From: Thermomonas sp.
Lineage (GTDB): Bacteria; Pseudomonadota; Gammaproteobacteria; Xanthomonadales; Xanthomonadaceae
Direction of reading: 5' to 3'
Assembly (NCBI GenBank): GCA_036666995.1
Contig: JAVWUU010000001.1
Span: 1 to 63,336, forward strand
DNA length: 63,336 nucleotides
A model generated the notes under the pieces. The model was not told the DNA's origin. It was given only the letters and a program-made list of their open reading frames with translations, and ran no database searches. A program made the position numbers and the translations under genes. The stretch's first letter is position 1. Each line of letters begins with the position of its first letter. Of the stretch, positions 9,310 to 19,815 are shown piece by piece.

Positions 9310-9498
9310 ATGGACGGAATGATCGTGATCGGCACGATGTTGGCGGCGATGGCCTTGGCCGTGTTGCTGATCCTGCACTTGCGTCGCCGCTACGGCTCCG
9401 GGAACGGGGCGAATGGTGGCGACGGCGGTTACTCGCACCACGGCAACGACGATGGCGGATGCGATGGCGGCGGCGACGGAGGTGGTGGTGGCGATTGA
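9310..9498 (+). CDS. Small single-pass membrane protein with Gly/Asp-rich tail
   Basis: Hydrophobic N-terminal helix, RRR, then a GGDGG...[14 protein letters not shown] tail; overlaps the hutI start. Confidence 0.6.
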   Translation: MDGMIVIGTMLAAMALAVLLILHLRRRYGSGNGANGGDGGYSHHGNDDGGCDGGGDGGGGGD

Positions 9499-10708
9499 AC
9501 GCTGGGACGGCCTGTTGCTCGGCCCCACCCTGGCGACGCTGGACACCGACAGCGGCTACGGGCTCATCGAAGACGGCGCACTGGGCTGGAAGAATGGCCG
9601 GCTCACCTATGTCGGGCCGCGCAACGGATTGCCGGGCGATGCCGCATCCCTCGCCGAGGTGGTGATCGAGGGCAAGGGCCTGGTCACGCCTGGCCTGGTC
9701 GATTGCCACACGCACCTGGTGTTCGCCGGCGACCGCGCCGCGGAATTCGAGTTGCGCCTGCAGGGCGCGAGCTACGAAGAAATCGCACGCAGTGGCGGGG
9801 GCATCCTCTCCAGCGTGCGCGCGGTGCGCGACGCCGACGAGGACGCCCTGCTCGCGCAATCGCTGCCGCGTGCACGTGCACTTGTCGCTGATGGCGCGAC
9901 GACGCTGGAGATCAAGTCCGGCTATGGCCTGGACCTGGCCAGCGAGCGCAAGATGCTGCGCGTCGCGCGCCGCGTCGGCGAGGTGCTCGGCATCGGCATG
10001 CGCACGACCTTCCTCGGCGCGCATGCGCTGCCGGCCGAGTATCGAGACGACGCCGACGGCTATATCGATGCCGCGATCGGCTGGCTCGAAGGCTTGCATG
10101 ACGAAGGCCTGGTCGATGCCGTGGACGCGTTCTGCGAACGCATCGGCTTTTCATCCGCGCAGACGCGGCGGATGTTCGAGGCGGCACGTGCACTCGGCCT
10201 GCCGGTGAAGCTGCACGCCGACCAGCTGAGCGACGGTGGCGGTGCGGCGCTGGCGGCGGAATTCGGCGGACTGTCCGCCGACCACATCGAACACACCGAC
10301 GAAGCCGGCGTGCGCGCGATGGCCGCAGCCGGCACTGTCGCCGTGCTGTTGCCCGGTGCGTTCCATGTCTTGCGCGAAACGAAGCTGCCGCCGCTCGACC
10401 TGCTGCGCGCGCATGGCGTGCCGATGGCGGTGGCGACCGATTGCAATCCCGGCACCTCGCCCTTGCTGTCGCTGCGCCAGGCGATGCAACTGGCCTGCAC
10501 GCATTTCAGGCTCACCCCGGAAGAAGCATTGCGAGGGACAACCGTGCATGCTGCACGCGCGCTCGGCCTGCATGATCGCGGCATGTTGCGTGTTGGAATG
10601 CGTGCAGATGTCGCGCACTGGCGCGTGGATCGCCCCGCAGCACTTTGCTATTGGTTGGGCGGGCAACTGCTCGAAACCTCGTATGCCGGCGGTCGCCGGC
10701 TCGCCTGA
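9488..10708 (+). CDS. hutI: Imidazolonepropionase
   Basis: [36 protein letters not shown]; GTG start at 9488 after GGAGG. Confidence 0.95.
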   Translation: MAIERWDGLLLGPTLATLDTDSGYGLIEDGALGWKNGRLTYVGPRNGLPGDAASLAEVVIEGKGLVTPGLVDCHTHLVFAGDRAAEFELRLQGASYEEIARSGGGILSSVRAVRDADEDALLAQSLPRARALVADGATTLEIKSGYGLDLASERKMLRVARRVGEVLGIGMRTTFLGAHALPAEYRDDADGYIDAAIGWLEGLHDEGLVDAVDAFCERIGFSSAQTRRMFEAARALGLPVKLHADQLSDGGGAALAAEFGGLSADHIEHTDEAGVRAMAAAGTVAVLLPGAFHVLRETKLPPLDLLRAHGVPMAVATDCNPGTSPLLSLRQAMQLACTHFRLTPEEALRGTTVHAARALGLHDRGMLRVGMRADVAHWRVDRPAALCYWLGGQLLETSYAGGRRLA

Positions 10709-10724
10709 ATCCCTGGAGACCTTC

Positions 10725-11927
10725 ATGCGCCATGCTGCCCTCGCTGCTTCGATGATTGCCTCGCTGACAGTGCTCGCACCGTTCGCTCATGCGCAGGACG
10801 CCGCGACGAAACTGGCGCAGGACGCGATCATCGTCGACACCCACATCGACGCGCCCGGCATCCTGATGGACAAGTGGGCGGACCTTGGCGTGGAGGCCAA
10901 GGACCGCGAGTTCGATTACCCGAAGGCGCGCGCCGGCGGACTCGATGTCGCCTTCATGTCGATCTACACCTCGCCGAAGCAGGACGCCGACGGCAGCGCC
11001 TGGCATGTCGCCAACCAGATGATCGACGGCGTCGAAGCCGCGGTGCAGCGCAATCCCGGCAAATTCGCCATCCTCACCTCGCCGCGCGACGTGGAACGCC
11101 TGCGCGAAGGCGGTCGCGTGCTGCTGCCGATGGGCATGGAGAACGGCGCGCCGATCGGCGACCAGCTGGCCAACGTGAAGTTCTTCTTCGACCGCGGCGT
11201 GCGCTACATCACCTTGGCGCACAGCAGCAACAACCGGTTGGCGGATTCCTCCTACGCGCTGGTCAAGACATGGAACGGACTCAGCCCGTTCGGCCGCGAC
11301 GTGGTCCGCGAGATGAACCGGCTGGGCATGATCGTCGACGTATCCCACCTGGGCGACGCCTCGGCGAAGGAGGCGATCGCGCTGAGCCGCGTGCCGGTGA
11401 TCGCCAGCCATTCCGCGTTCCGCCATTTCACTCCCGACTTCGAGCGCAACATCAGCGATGAGGTCGCAAAAGCCGTGGCCGCGAAGGGCGGCGTGATCCA
11501 GATTCCGTTCGGCACCGCCTTCATCAACCCGGCGAGCGCTGCGGATACCCAGGCGCGGTTCCGCGCGATCGATGCCTTTGATCGCAACAATGCCGCCCTC
11601 AAGGCGCAGGGCCAGCCGCCGAAGGAGCGCGCCGCATTCGACAAGGCGTGGGACGAGGCGCACCCCACCCGCGAAAGCACGCTGGCGCAGGTGCTGGACC
11701 AGATCGACTACGGGGTGAAGCTGCTGGGCATCGACCACGTCGGCATCGGTTCCGACTTCGACGGCGTCGATGGCGAATTGCCAGGCGAGCTCAAGACGGT
11801 CGCCGATTTCCCGCGCCTCGTCGCCGGCCTGCAGGCGCGCGGCTACAAGGACGCGGACATACGCAAGATCCTGGGCGGCAACCTGCTGCGCGCATGGACC
11901 GCGATCGAGGACGGCGCGGCGAAGTGA
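10725..11927 (+). CDS. Secreted membrane-dipeptidase family (M19) peptidase
   Basis: Signal peptide ending AHA; DTHID, GMENG, DVSH, ASHS, GIGSDFDG motifs. Confidence 0.9.
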   Translation: MRHAALAASMIASLTVLAPFAHAQDAATKLAQDAIIVDTHIDAPGILMDKWADLGVEAKDREFDYPKARAGGLDVAFMSIYTSPKQDADGSAWHVANQMIDGVEAAVQRNPGKFAILTSPRDVERLREGGRVLLPMGMENGAPIGDQLANVKFFFDRGVRYITLAHSSNNRLADSSYALVKTWNGLSPFGRDVVREMNRLGMIVDVSHLGDASAKEAIALSRVPVIASHSAFRHFTPDFERNISDEVAKAVAAKGGVIQIPFGTAFINPASAADTQARFRAIDAFDRNNAALKAQGQPPKERAAFDKAWDEAHPTRESTLAQVLDQIDYGVKLLGIDHVGIGSDFDGVDGELPGELKTVADFPRLVAGLQARGYKDADIRKILGGNLLRAWTAIEDGAAK

Positions 11928-11941
11928 CCACCCCATAACGC

Positions 11942-11967
11942 GGAAACCCCGCCTGGGCGGGGTTTCC
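11942..11967. terminator. Hairpin between convergent genes, probably a bidirectional terminator
   Basis: GGAAACCCCGCC-tg-GGCGGGGTTTCC. Confidence 0.7.
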
Positions 11968-12018
11968 TCTCAACCCGCAGTGCGGGTTGTGATCGTGCAT
12001 CGCGTGGATCCGGCGGAA

Positions 12019-12189
12019 TTACGACGCCTTCTTCGCCACGACCTTCTTGGCCGGCGCCTTGGCGGCGGTCTTCTTCACCGCGGGGGCAGCGGCAGTGCCG
12101 GCGACCTTGGTGGTTGCATGCGAGCGTGCGTTGCCATAGCTGGCGTTGTAACGCTTGCCCTTGGCGGTCTTGCGGTCGCCCTTGCCCAT
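12019..12189 (-). CDS. thx: 30S ribosomal protein bTHX with Ala/Lys-rich tail
   Basis: MGKGDRKTAKGKRYNASYGNAR signature; GGAG SD. Confidence 0.9.
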   Translation of the reverse strand: MGKGDRKTAKGKRYNASYGNARSHATTKVAGTAAAPAVKKTAAKAPAKKVVAKKAS

Positions 12190-12454
12190 CGTGATGCTCC
12201 TGAATCGATTCGAGAATGTGGTTCGCGCCGCGCGCGAGACCGGCGATTCTAGCACGCGCTTCCCGCTCCCCGTTCCTAACCCCATTGGCAACGGGGCGCC
12301 CCCGAAGGGACGGGGGTGAGGGTGGCCTGTTCGCGCGGCACTGCCGCGCAGGCCAGTCGAACGCACGGCGCGCTGCGCCGGGCCGGACGGGATGCACGTA
12401 GCGGGGCCCAAGATTTCGCCAGCGAAATCTTGGGATTGACGATGCGCAGCATCG

Positions 12455-12868
12455 TCAATGCCCGTGCGCGCAAGTGGCGTCGTGGACGTGACCGTGGTTG
12501 AGCCGCAGGTTGGCGAGGTGCGCCAGGCCGACCAGGGTGCCGCCGAAGGTCATCGCCACCGCATGCGGAACCACCGAATGGTGCAGCGGCGGATACAGGA
12601 TGCCGACCCACAGCACCGCCAGCCCCGGGATCAACAGGCCCAACGCGCGCACCGCCCGGTGGCGACGGTAGCTGGAAACCAGCACGGCCAGCCCGAACAA
12701 GGTGGCGAACATCACGAACCCGAGCTCGAAGCTGGGTGCCAGGGCGGCGGACAACCCCAGCGACGGCAGCAGGGCGATCAGGATCGGCAGCAAGGCGCAG
12801 TGGATCGCGCAAAGCAGCGACCCGGTGGCACCGAGGCGATCGAGCAGGGCGTGCAGGCGTGGATTCAT
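12455..12868 (-). CDS. MerC-domain membrane protein
   Basis: LDRLGATGSLLCAIHC motif, four hydrophobic segments, His-rich C-terminus. Confidence 0.88.
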   Translation of the reverse strand: MNPRLHALLDRLGATGSLLCAIHCALLPILIALLPSLGLSAALAPSFELGFVMFATLFGLAVLVSSYRRHRAVRALGLLIPGLAVLWVGILYPPLHHSVVPHAVAMTFGGTLVGLAHLANLRLNHGHVHDATCAHGH

Positions 12869-12904
12869 GCAGGGGTGACTTCAGGCACGGGCGGGGATCC
12901 GGTT

Positions 12905-12921
12905 TTGATATGTTATAACAT
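12905..12921. promoter_or_regulatory. Putative Zur box in the divergent merC-like/TBDR promoter
   Basis: TTGATATGTTATAACAT matches ATGTTATAnTATAACAT at 13 of 16 defined positions; zur lies about 3.5 kb away. Confidence 0.75.
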
Positions 12922-12950
12922 CTTTCATCGCCACACGATCCCTTTCTCGC

Positions 12951-15143
12951 ATGCCCAAGCCTTCCCACGCATTCAAGCACGCCACCCTCGCCAGTGCGCT
13001 CGCCCTTGCCCTCGTCCCGACAGCGCGGGCCCAGGATCCGCAGCACGCCCAGCATGACCACCAGCCGAAGGACCTGGCCGCAGTCGAAGTGCACGCCACA
13101 CCGCTGGCCGACACCGCCGAGAGCCTGGCGATCCCGGTGGAAGTGCTGGCCGGCGCGAAACTGGACGAGGCCAAGGCCGGCACCCTCGGCGAAACCGTCG
13201 CCAGGCTCCCGGGCGTGCAGTCGTCCAATTTCGGCCCCGGCGTCGGCCGCCCGATCATCCGCGGCCTCGACGGCGCGCGCGTGCAGGTGTTGAGCGACGG
13301 ACTGGGTTCGGGCGATGTGTCCACGGTCAGCGTGGACCACGCGGTCACCATCGAGCCCTTCCTCGCCAACCAGATCGAGGTGCTGAAAGGCCCGGCCACC
13401 CTGCTCTACGGCAGCGGCGCGATCGGCGGCGCGGTCAACGTGGTCGACGGCCGCATCCCGGAGATGCTCCCCGATGCACCGCTGGAAGGCCGCGCGGAAC
13501 TGCGCGGCGGCAGCGTCAACGATGAACGCACCGGCATGTTCCGGCTGGATGGCTACGCGGGGCAATTCGCGTTCCACTTCGATGCCCTGCACCGCGAGGC
13601 CGGCGACTATTCGATTCCCGGTTTCGCCGAAAGCGCCGCGCATCTGGCCGAGGAAGGCGAGACGCCCGACCCGGATGATGCCGGCACCCTTGGCAACAGC
13701 GCCGTGCGCACCGACAGTGCCGCGCTGGGCGTGTCATGGATCGGCGATCGCGGCTTCATCGGTGCGTCCTACAACCTCTACAACACCGCCTACGGCATTC
13801 CCGGCGGGCACTCGCATGCCCACGACGACCACGATCACGAGGACGCCGACCACGGCGATGAGGCCGCAGATGCGCATGCGGAAGAAGGCGATGTCCACAT
13901 CCTGATGGACCAGCGCCGCACGGAATTGCGTGGCGGCATCGACGACCTCGGCCCGTTCGAATCGCTGCGGGTGAAATTCGCGAACACCGACTACACCCAT
14001 ACCGAATTCGAGGGCGCGGACGTGGGCACCGTGTTCCACAACCAGAGCCGCGAGGCGCGCGCCGAACTGGTGCACGCACCCATCGCGGGCTGGAAGGGCG
14101 CATTCGGCCTGCAGGCCAGCGACCGCGATTTCGTCGCGATCGGCGATGAAGCCTTCGTGCCCGGCTCGGTGTCGAGGGACACCGGCCTGTTCTGGATCGG
14201 CAAGCGCGAGTTCGGCCCGCTGCAACTGGACCTGGGCCTGCGCCACGATCGCAACCGGGTGGACGTGGATCAGTCCGCCACCGCATCGCCCGACCGCGAT
14301 TTCAAGACGACCAGTTTCTCCGCCGGGCTGGGCTGGAAGGTCGGCGAATCCCTGCACTTCAACCTCGGCCTGGATCGCGCGCAGCGCGCGCCGACCGCCG
14401 AGGAGCTGTATTCCTCGGGCCTGCACGTCGCCACCGGCGGCTTCGAGTTCGGCAATGCCGCGCTCGGCGTGGAAACCGCGCGGCGCGTCGAACTGGGCAT
14501 GCACCTGCACCGCGGCCCGTTCGAGCTGCAGCTGTCCGCCTGGCAGGCGCGCTACGACGACTTCGTCTACCTGGCCGATACCGACCTCGAGGTCGACGGC
14601 TCGCCTGCGCGTGTCTGGCGCCAGGACGATGCGCGATTCACCGGCTTCGAGGCGCGCCTTGATTGGGCCATCGCCGACACCGACCGCGGCGCCTGGACGC
14701 TCGGCGTGTTCGCCGACACCGTGCGCGGCAAGCTCACGGATGCGCCCGGTACTACGATGGTCGATGTGGATGTCCCGCACGGCGATCATGTCCATCACGA
14801 AGAGGCCCAGGTGGCGACCGGCGGCAACCTGCCGCGGATCGCGCCGTCGCGTATCGGTAGCGAACTGCGCTGGGAGCGCGATGGCTGGCGCGCCAGCGTC
14901 GGTGCGGTGCGCTATCTCGAACAAGACGACGTGGCCGCGTTCGAATCGGCGACGCCGGGCTACACGCTGGTGGACGCGCATGTCGCCTGGCACATCGACA
15001 CCGCCAGCGGCCGCGAGTGGGAAGTCTTCGTGGACGGCAGCAACCTGAGCAACCGTGAGGCGCGCCCGCACACCTCGTTCCTCAAGGACGTGGTGCCGCT
15101 GCCGGGTCGCAACGTGGTGCTGGGCGTGCGCCTGTTCTTCTGA
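12951..15143 (+). CDS. TonB-dependent receptor, ZnuD-like (probable zinc uptake)
   Basis: Signal peptide, plug motifs RPIIRG and IEVLKGPATLLYGSGAIGGAVN, His-rich loops, C-terminal Phe. Confidence 0.9.
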   Translation: MPKPSHAFKHATLASALALALVPTARAQDPQHAQHDHQPKDLAAVEVHATPLADTAESLAIPVEVLAGAKLDEAKAGTLGETVARLPGVQSSNFGPGVGRPIIRGLDGARVQVLSDGLGSGDVSTVSVDHAVTIEPFLANQIEVLKGPATLLYGSGAIGGAVNVVDGRIPEMLPDAPLEGRAELRGGSVNDERTGMFRLDGYAGQFAFHFDALHREAGDYSIPGFAESAAHLAEEGETPDPDDAGTLGNSAVRTDSAALGVSWIGDRGFIGASYNLYNTAYGIPGGHSHAHDDHDHEDADHGDEAADAHAEEGDVHILMDQRRTELRGGIDDLGPFESLRVKFANTDYTHTEFEGADVGTVFHNQSREARAELVHAPIAGWKGAFGLQASDRDFVAIGDEAFVPGSVSRDTGLFWIGKREFGPLQLDLGLRHDRNRVDVDQSATASPDRDFKTTSFSAGLGWKVGESLHFNLGLDRAQRAPTAEELYSSGLHVATGGFEFGNAALGVETARRVELGMHLHRGPFELQLSAWQARYDDFVYLADTDLEVDGSPARVWRQDDARFTGFEARLDWAIADTDRGAWTLGVFADTVRGKLTDAPGTTMVDVDVPHGDHVHHEEAQVATGGNLPRIAPSRIGSELRWERDGWRASVGAVRYLEQDDVAAFESATPGYTLVDAHVAWHIDTASGREWEVFVDGSNLSNREARPHTSFLKDVVPLPGRNVVLGVRLFF

Positions 15144-15203
15144 CGATGCAGCGTTCCATCCGCATCGGTTGACGCCCGCGCGCCGCGCGGGTGTCATGCA
15201 CCG

Positions 15204-16457
15204 ATGACAACAGACACGCTCCGCCGCAACGCATGGTGGCTGGTCGCGGCGGCGACCGCCACCCTGATGGTGACGATGGGCATCCGCCAGTCGCTCGGGC
15301 TGTTCGTGCAGCCGATCCATTCCGGCACCGGCCTGACCATCGTCCAGATCAGCTTTGCACTTGCCATTGCGCAACTCGCATGGGGCGCGGCGCAACCCGT
15401 CTTCGGCGCGTGGGCGGACAAGCGCGGCCCGGGCCGCGTGCTGGTGTTCGGCGGCGTGCTGCTGGTCATCGGCATGGCGCTGACGCCCTTCCTCACCTCG
15501 CAGTGGGGCTTGGTGCTGACGCTTGGATTGCTCAGCGCGGCGGGTGCCGGCGCGGGCAGTTTCTCGGTGCTGATCGGTGCGGTCGCGCAACGCATCGAGG
15601 AACGCAATCGCTCGATGGCCGCAGGCGTGATCAATGCCGGCGGGTCGTTCGGCCAGTTCGTGTTCGCGCCGTTTGCGCAGGCGATGATTTCCACCGCCGG
15701 CTGGGCCGTGGCGATGTGGGCAATGGCGGCCGCTGCACTCGCCACGCTGCCATTGGCATGGCCACTGCGCCGGCGCAAACCTGTTCCGCCCTCCTCTGCA
15801 CAAGCGGCTGACGCGCCTGTACCGGCAACGGTGCCATCCGGCATCAGCCTGAGCGAACAACTGCGCATCGCCTTCCGCGATCGCAGCTACTGGCTGCTGC
15901 ACGCAGGCTTCTTCACCTGCGGCTTCCACATCGCCTTCCTGGTCACCCACCTGCCCACCGAGATCGCGCTGTGCGGCTTGTCGGACAAAGTCTCGGCGAC
16001 TGCGCTGGCGTTGATCGGCCTGTTCAACGTGGCCGGCAGCCTGGCGATCGGCTGGCTCGGCCAACGCTATCGGATGAAGTCGCTGCTGGCGCTGATGTAT
16101 GCCAGTCGCGTGGTGTTGATCGGCCTCTATCTGGTGCTTCCGCCGACGCCGGTGGTGTTCTACGGCTTCGCGGCCGGCCTTGGCCTGACCTGGCTGGCTA
16201 CCGTGCCACCGACCGCCGGGATCATCGGCAAGCTGTTCGGCGCGCGCTACCTCGCCACGCTGTTCGGGTTCACCCTGCTTTCGCACCAGATCGGCGGATT
16301 CTTCGGCGCGTGGCTGGGCGGACTGGCGCTGGATCGCCTCGGCGATTATTCGTGGATGTGGTACGCGGACATGGTGCTGGCGGCGCTGGCCGCAGTCGCC
16401 AACCTGCCGATCCGCGAAGCAAAACCGCTGCGCGCGCCACGCATGGCGACGGCCTGA
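15204..16457 (+). CDS. MFS transporter
   Basis: About 12 hydrophobic segments; motif A GAWADKRGPGRV; FFTCGFH. Confidence 0.9.
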   Translation: MTTDTLRRNAWWLVAAATATLMVTMGIRQSLGLFVQPIHSGTGLTIVQISFALAIAQLAWGAAQPVFGAWADKRGPGRVLVFGGVLLVIGMALTPFLTSQWGLVLTLGLLSAAGAGAGSFSVLIGAVAQRIEERNRSMAAGVINAGGSFGQFVFAPFAQAMISTAGWAVAMWAMAAAALATLPLAWPLRRRKPVPPSSAQAADAPVPATVPSGISLSEQLRIAFRDRSYWLLHAGFFTCGFHIAFLVTHLPTEIALCGLSDKVSATALALIGLFNVAGSLAIGWLGQRYRMKSLLALMYASRVVLIGLYLVLPPTPVVFYGFAAGLGLTWLATVPPTAGIIGKLFGARYLATLFGFTLLSHQIGGFFGAWLGGLALDRLGDYSWMWYADMVLAALAAVANLPIREAKPLRAPRMATA

Positions 16458-16460
16458 CGC

Positions 16461-16952
16461 TCAGCCCGCCTGTGCGCACTCCGCGCACAGCCCGTGCACT
16501 TCCAGGGTCTGCGTCTGCGGACTGAATCCCAGCGCGCGTGCCTGCGCATCGAGCGTGGCGACAACGTGCTCGTCTTCGAGCTCGACTGCCTTGTGGCAGG
16601 CGTCGCAGATCAGGAACGGCGCCGAATGCTGCGCAGCATTGGGGTGGTGGCAGGCAACGAAGGCGTTAACCGATTCCAGCTTGTGGATGAAGCCATTCGC
16701 CAGCAGGAAATCCAGCGCGCGATACACCGTCGGTGGCGCGGCGGCGCCGGCACCCTCGCCTTCGCGCACCTTGTCGAGCAGGTCGTAGGCCTTGATCGGC
16801 TTGCCAGCATCGGCGACCAGCCCGAGCACCCGCGCGCGGATGTCGGTGAGCCGCAACCCGCGTTCGCTGCACGCACGCTCCACCGCCGCCACGAAGCCGG
16901 CGGCATCGTGCACGTGATGGTCGGGACTGCTGCAGGCGTGCGACTTGGCCAT
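16461..16952 (-). CDS. zur: Fur-family zinc uptake regulator
   Basis: KAYDLL...PPTVYRALDFL...HKLES, two CxxC motifs; directly downstream of gltX. Confidence 0.88.
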   Translation of the reverse strand: MAKSHACSSPDHHVHDAAGFVAAVERACSERGLRLTDIRARVLGLVADAGKPIKAYDLLDKVREGEGAGAAAPPTVYRALDFLLANGFIHKLESVNAFVACHHPNAAQHSAPFLICDACHKAVELEDEHVVATLDAQARALGFSPQTQTLEVHGLCAECAQAG

Positions 16953-16967
16953 GACCTTGATCTGGGT

Positions 16968-18368
16968 TCAGCCGGGGAGCTTCGCAAGGGCCGCGTCGAT
17001 CCGCGCCAGCGCTTCGTCGCGTCCGCAGAGATAGACGGTCCAGCCGATATCCGGGCTGACCTGGGTGCCGGTAATGGCCACGCGCATCGGCTGCGCGATC
17101 TTGCCCATGCCGATGCCGAGTGCCTCGGACACAGCCTTCACGACATCGTGGATCGGCTCGGGCGACCAGTCCGCCAGTTCGGCAAGCCGCGCCCGCATCT
17201 GCGTGAGCGGCTCACGTGCGGCTTCCTTCAGATGCTTGGCGACCGAGGCGTCGTCGTATTCGGTCAACGGGCCGAACCACACCGCGGATTTCTCCGCCAT
17301 TTCCTTCAGCGTCTGCGCGCGCTCGCGCAGGGCGACGACGAGATCCGCCGGCTTCGGACCATTCGCCAGGTCGTAACCGGCCTGCTCCAGGTGCCACGCG
17401 AGATGCGTCGCCACTGTCTCGGGATCGTCGGATTTCAGGTATTGCTGGTTGAGCCAGCCCAGCTTGGCCATGTCCAGACGCGCGGCTTTTGCATTCACGT
17501 CGGCAAGGTCGAACAGCGACTGCATCTCGGCGATCGAGAACACTTCCTGGTCGCCATGCGACCAGCCGAGGCGCACCAGGTAATTCAGCAACGCATGCGG
17601 CAGGTAGCCGGCATCGCGGTACTGCATCACGTCGGCGGCACCCGTGCGTTTGGACAGCTTGGCGCCCTGCTCGTCCAGGATCATCGGCAGGTGCGCGAAG
17701 TGCGGCACCGGCGCACCCAGCGCAGTGTAGATGTTGATCTGCCGCGGCGTATTGTTGACGTGGTCGTCGCCGCGCACCACATCGCTGATGCGCATGTCGA
17801 TGTCGTCGACCACCACCGCGAAGTTGTAGGTCGCGTAGCCGTCGGAACGAAAAATGACGAGGTCATCGAGCTCCGCATTGGCGATTTCGATGCGGCCCTT
17901 GACCTTGTCGTCCCACGCGACCACGCCATCCAGCGGATTGCGGAAGCGGATCACGCGGTTCGGGTCGTCGCGCCAGCCCGCGTTCGCCTCCCGATACTCG
18001 CCGTTGTAGCGCGGCTTCTCGCCCGCGGCCATTGCGGCCTCACGCATCGCTTCGAGCTCGTCCTTGGTCTCGTAGGCGTAATACGCATGCCCCGACGCAA
18101 CCAGTTGCTCGGCGACTTCCTTGTAACGATCGAGGCGATGGGTCTGGTAGATCGGGCCTTCGTCGTAGTCCAGGCCCAGCCAGTCCATCGCCTGCAGGAT
18201 CGCGTCGATCGCGGCCTGGGTGCTGCGCTCGCGGTCGGTATCCTCGATGCGCAGGATGAACTGCCCGCCCTTGCGGCGCGCTTCCAGCCAGCAATACAGC
18301 GCGGTGCGCGCGCCGCCGATATGCAGGTAGCCGGTGGGACTGGGGGCGAAGCGGGTGCGGACGGTCAT
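16968..18368 (-). CDS. gltX: Glutamate--tRNA ligase
   Basis: [14 protein letters not shown] and KLSKR signatures. Confidence 0.97.
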   Translation of the reverse strand: MTVRTRFAPSPTGYLHIGGARTALYCWLEARRKGGQFILRIEDTDRERSTQAAIDAILQAMDWLGLDYDEGPIYQTHRLDRYKEVAEQLVASGHAYYAYETKDELEAMREAAMAAGEKPRYNGEYREANAGWRDDPNRVIRFRNPLDGVVAWDDKVKGRIEIANAELDDLVIFRSDGYATYNFAVVVDDIDMRISDVVRGDDHVNNTPRQINIYTALGAPVPHFAHLPMILDEQGAKLSKRTGAADVMQYRDAGYLPHALLNYLVRLGWSHGDQEVFSIAEMQSLFDLADVNAKAARLDMAKLGWLNQQYLKSDDPETVATHLAWHLEQAGYDLANGPKPADLVVALRERAQTLKEMAEKSAVWFGPLTEYDDASVAKHLKEAAREPLTQMRARLAELADWSPEPIHDVVKAVSEALGIGMGKIAQPMRVAITGTQVSPDIGWTVYLCGRDEALARIDAALAKLPG

Positions 18369-18555
18369 GGGCGCGATATCGAACGGAATGTGGGCATTTT
18401 AGCCGGGCGGAGGCTGATTGCCCTGCGATCAGCGAGATCGCGAGGCAGCAAGGGCGCCGCGAGGCCGCTCTGCGACTCGAAATGTCGCTGACGCGACCTG
18501 CCGGCACCCTCGCGGCAGCGACCATCGATGAGATGTGGCCGATTACACTTCGCGC

Positions 18556-19278
18556 ATGACGACGCTGTTCATCGCCGACCTGCACCTCGACCCCGAACGG
18601 CCGGCGATCACCGAGTTGTTCGGCCGTTTCCTCGATGGCGAGGCACGCACTGCCGATGCGTTGTACATCCTCGGTGACCTGTTCGAAGCCTGGGTGGGCG
18701 ACGACGATCCCTCCGAAGCGGGCGCGTTCGTCGCCGAACGGCTGCAGGCGCTCACGGCATCAGGCGTGCCCGCGTATTTCATCCGCGGCAATCGCGACTT
18801 CCTCCTCGGCGCGGAGTACGCCGCGCGTTGCGGCATGACCCTGCTGGCCGAACCAGTCGTCGTGAATCTGCACGGCACGCCCTCCGTCATCCTGCACGGC
18901 GACCTGCTGTGCACCGACGACGTCGCTTACCAGCAGTTCCGCACGCAGACACGCGACCCGCGCTGGCAGGCGCAGTTCCTCGCCCAGCCGCTGGAAGCAC
19001 GGCTCGCCTTTGCGGCGCAGGCGCGCACGGCGAGCAAGGCGCGTTACGGCGAACTGGTCAGCGCCGGCACCGCCGAGGTGGTCGGCGACGTGGCAAAGGA
19101 ATCGGTCGATGCGCTGTTCGCTGGCAGCGGCGTAACCCGCATGATCCATGGCCATACCCACCGCCCGGCGATTCACGATGAAGGCGATGGCCACACCCGC
19201 ATCGTGTTGGGCGACTGGTACGAACAGGGCTCGGTGCTGCGGGTCGGCGAGGACGGCGTCGAACTCGCTTCGCTGTAG
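18556..19278 (+). CDS. lpxH: UDP-2,3-diacylglucosamine hydrolase
   Basis: [33 protein letters not shown]. Confidence 0.95.
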   Translation: MTTLFIADLHLDPERPAITELFGRFLDGEARTADALYILGDLFEAWVGDDDPSEAGAFVAERLQALTASGVPAYFIRGNRDFLLGAEYAARCGMTLLAEPVVVNLHGTPSVILHGDLLCTDDVAYQQFRTQTRDPRWQAQFLAQPLEARLAFAAQARTASKARYGELVSAGTAEVVGDVAKESVDALFAGSGVTRMIHGHTHRPAIHDEGDGHTRIVLGDWYEQGSVLRVGEDGVELASL

Positions 19279-19296
19279 GACAACGAAGCGGCTAGT

Positions 19297-19755
19297 TCAC
19301 AATTTCGCCGCTTCGCCGCAGCCCTTGTAGTCGATCTCGCCGTAGCGGAACGTCGACACCATGCTGTACGTGTTGTCGGACATCCCGTCGCTGCAGGTCC
19401 CGTTGCCCACGGTCAGCACGAATGCCTTGCCATCGTGTTGTCCGCTGAGTTCCACGCCATCGGCCAACGATCGCCGCGTGCCCTCCATCACCACGCCTGC
19501 CGGGTCTTCCGGCGTCGTGTACGTCAGCTTCGTGTCCTCGACATTGACGTTCCAGAACGGCTCGGTGCCGAAGGCGCGGAAGATGCGCAGCGGCTCCGCG
19601 TTTTCCTCGCCGGCGACACGCTTCGCGGCAGGTGCCTCGGGCACTTCCGGCGCGACGGGCGCAACGGCTTCTGCCGATGGAACGGGCTCCGCCGGCGGCT
19701 GCGAAGGATTGCAGGCAACCAGCAGCAACGACAGCGACGCGATGGCGAATTTCAT
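19297..19755 (-). CDS. Lipoprotein, COG3650-like
   Basis: Lipobox LVAC; GTEPFW and CSDGMSD...GC motifs. Confidence 0.8.
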   Translation of the reverse strand: MKFAIASLSLLLVACNPSQPPAEPVPSAEAVAPVAPEVPEAPAAKRVAGEENAEPLRIFRAFGTEPFWNVNVEDTKLTYTTPEDPAGVVMEGTRRSLADGVELSGQHDGKAFVLTVGNGTCSDGMSDNTYSMVSTFRYGEIDYKGCGEAAKL

Positions 19756-19815
19756 GGCGATCTCCCGGACGGATGGGCGGAGTGTGCCGCACGACATCTT
19801 CGGTGGCGATGAAGC

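Noticed and set aside
12019-12189. bTHX outside Thermus as a novelty
   Set aside because: Already known in Xanthomonadaceae and other lineages
12455-12868. Mercury resistance locus
   Set aside because: No merA, merR, merT or merP; the context points to zinc
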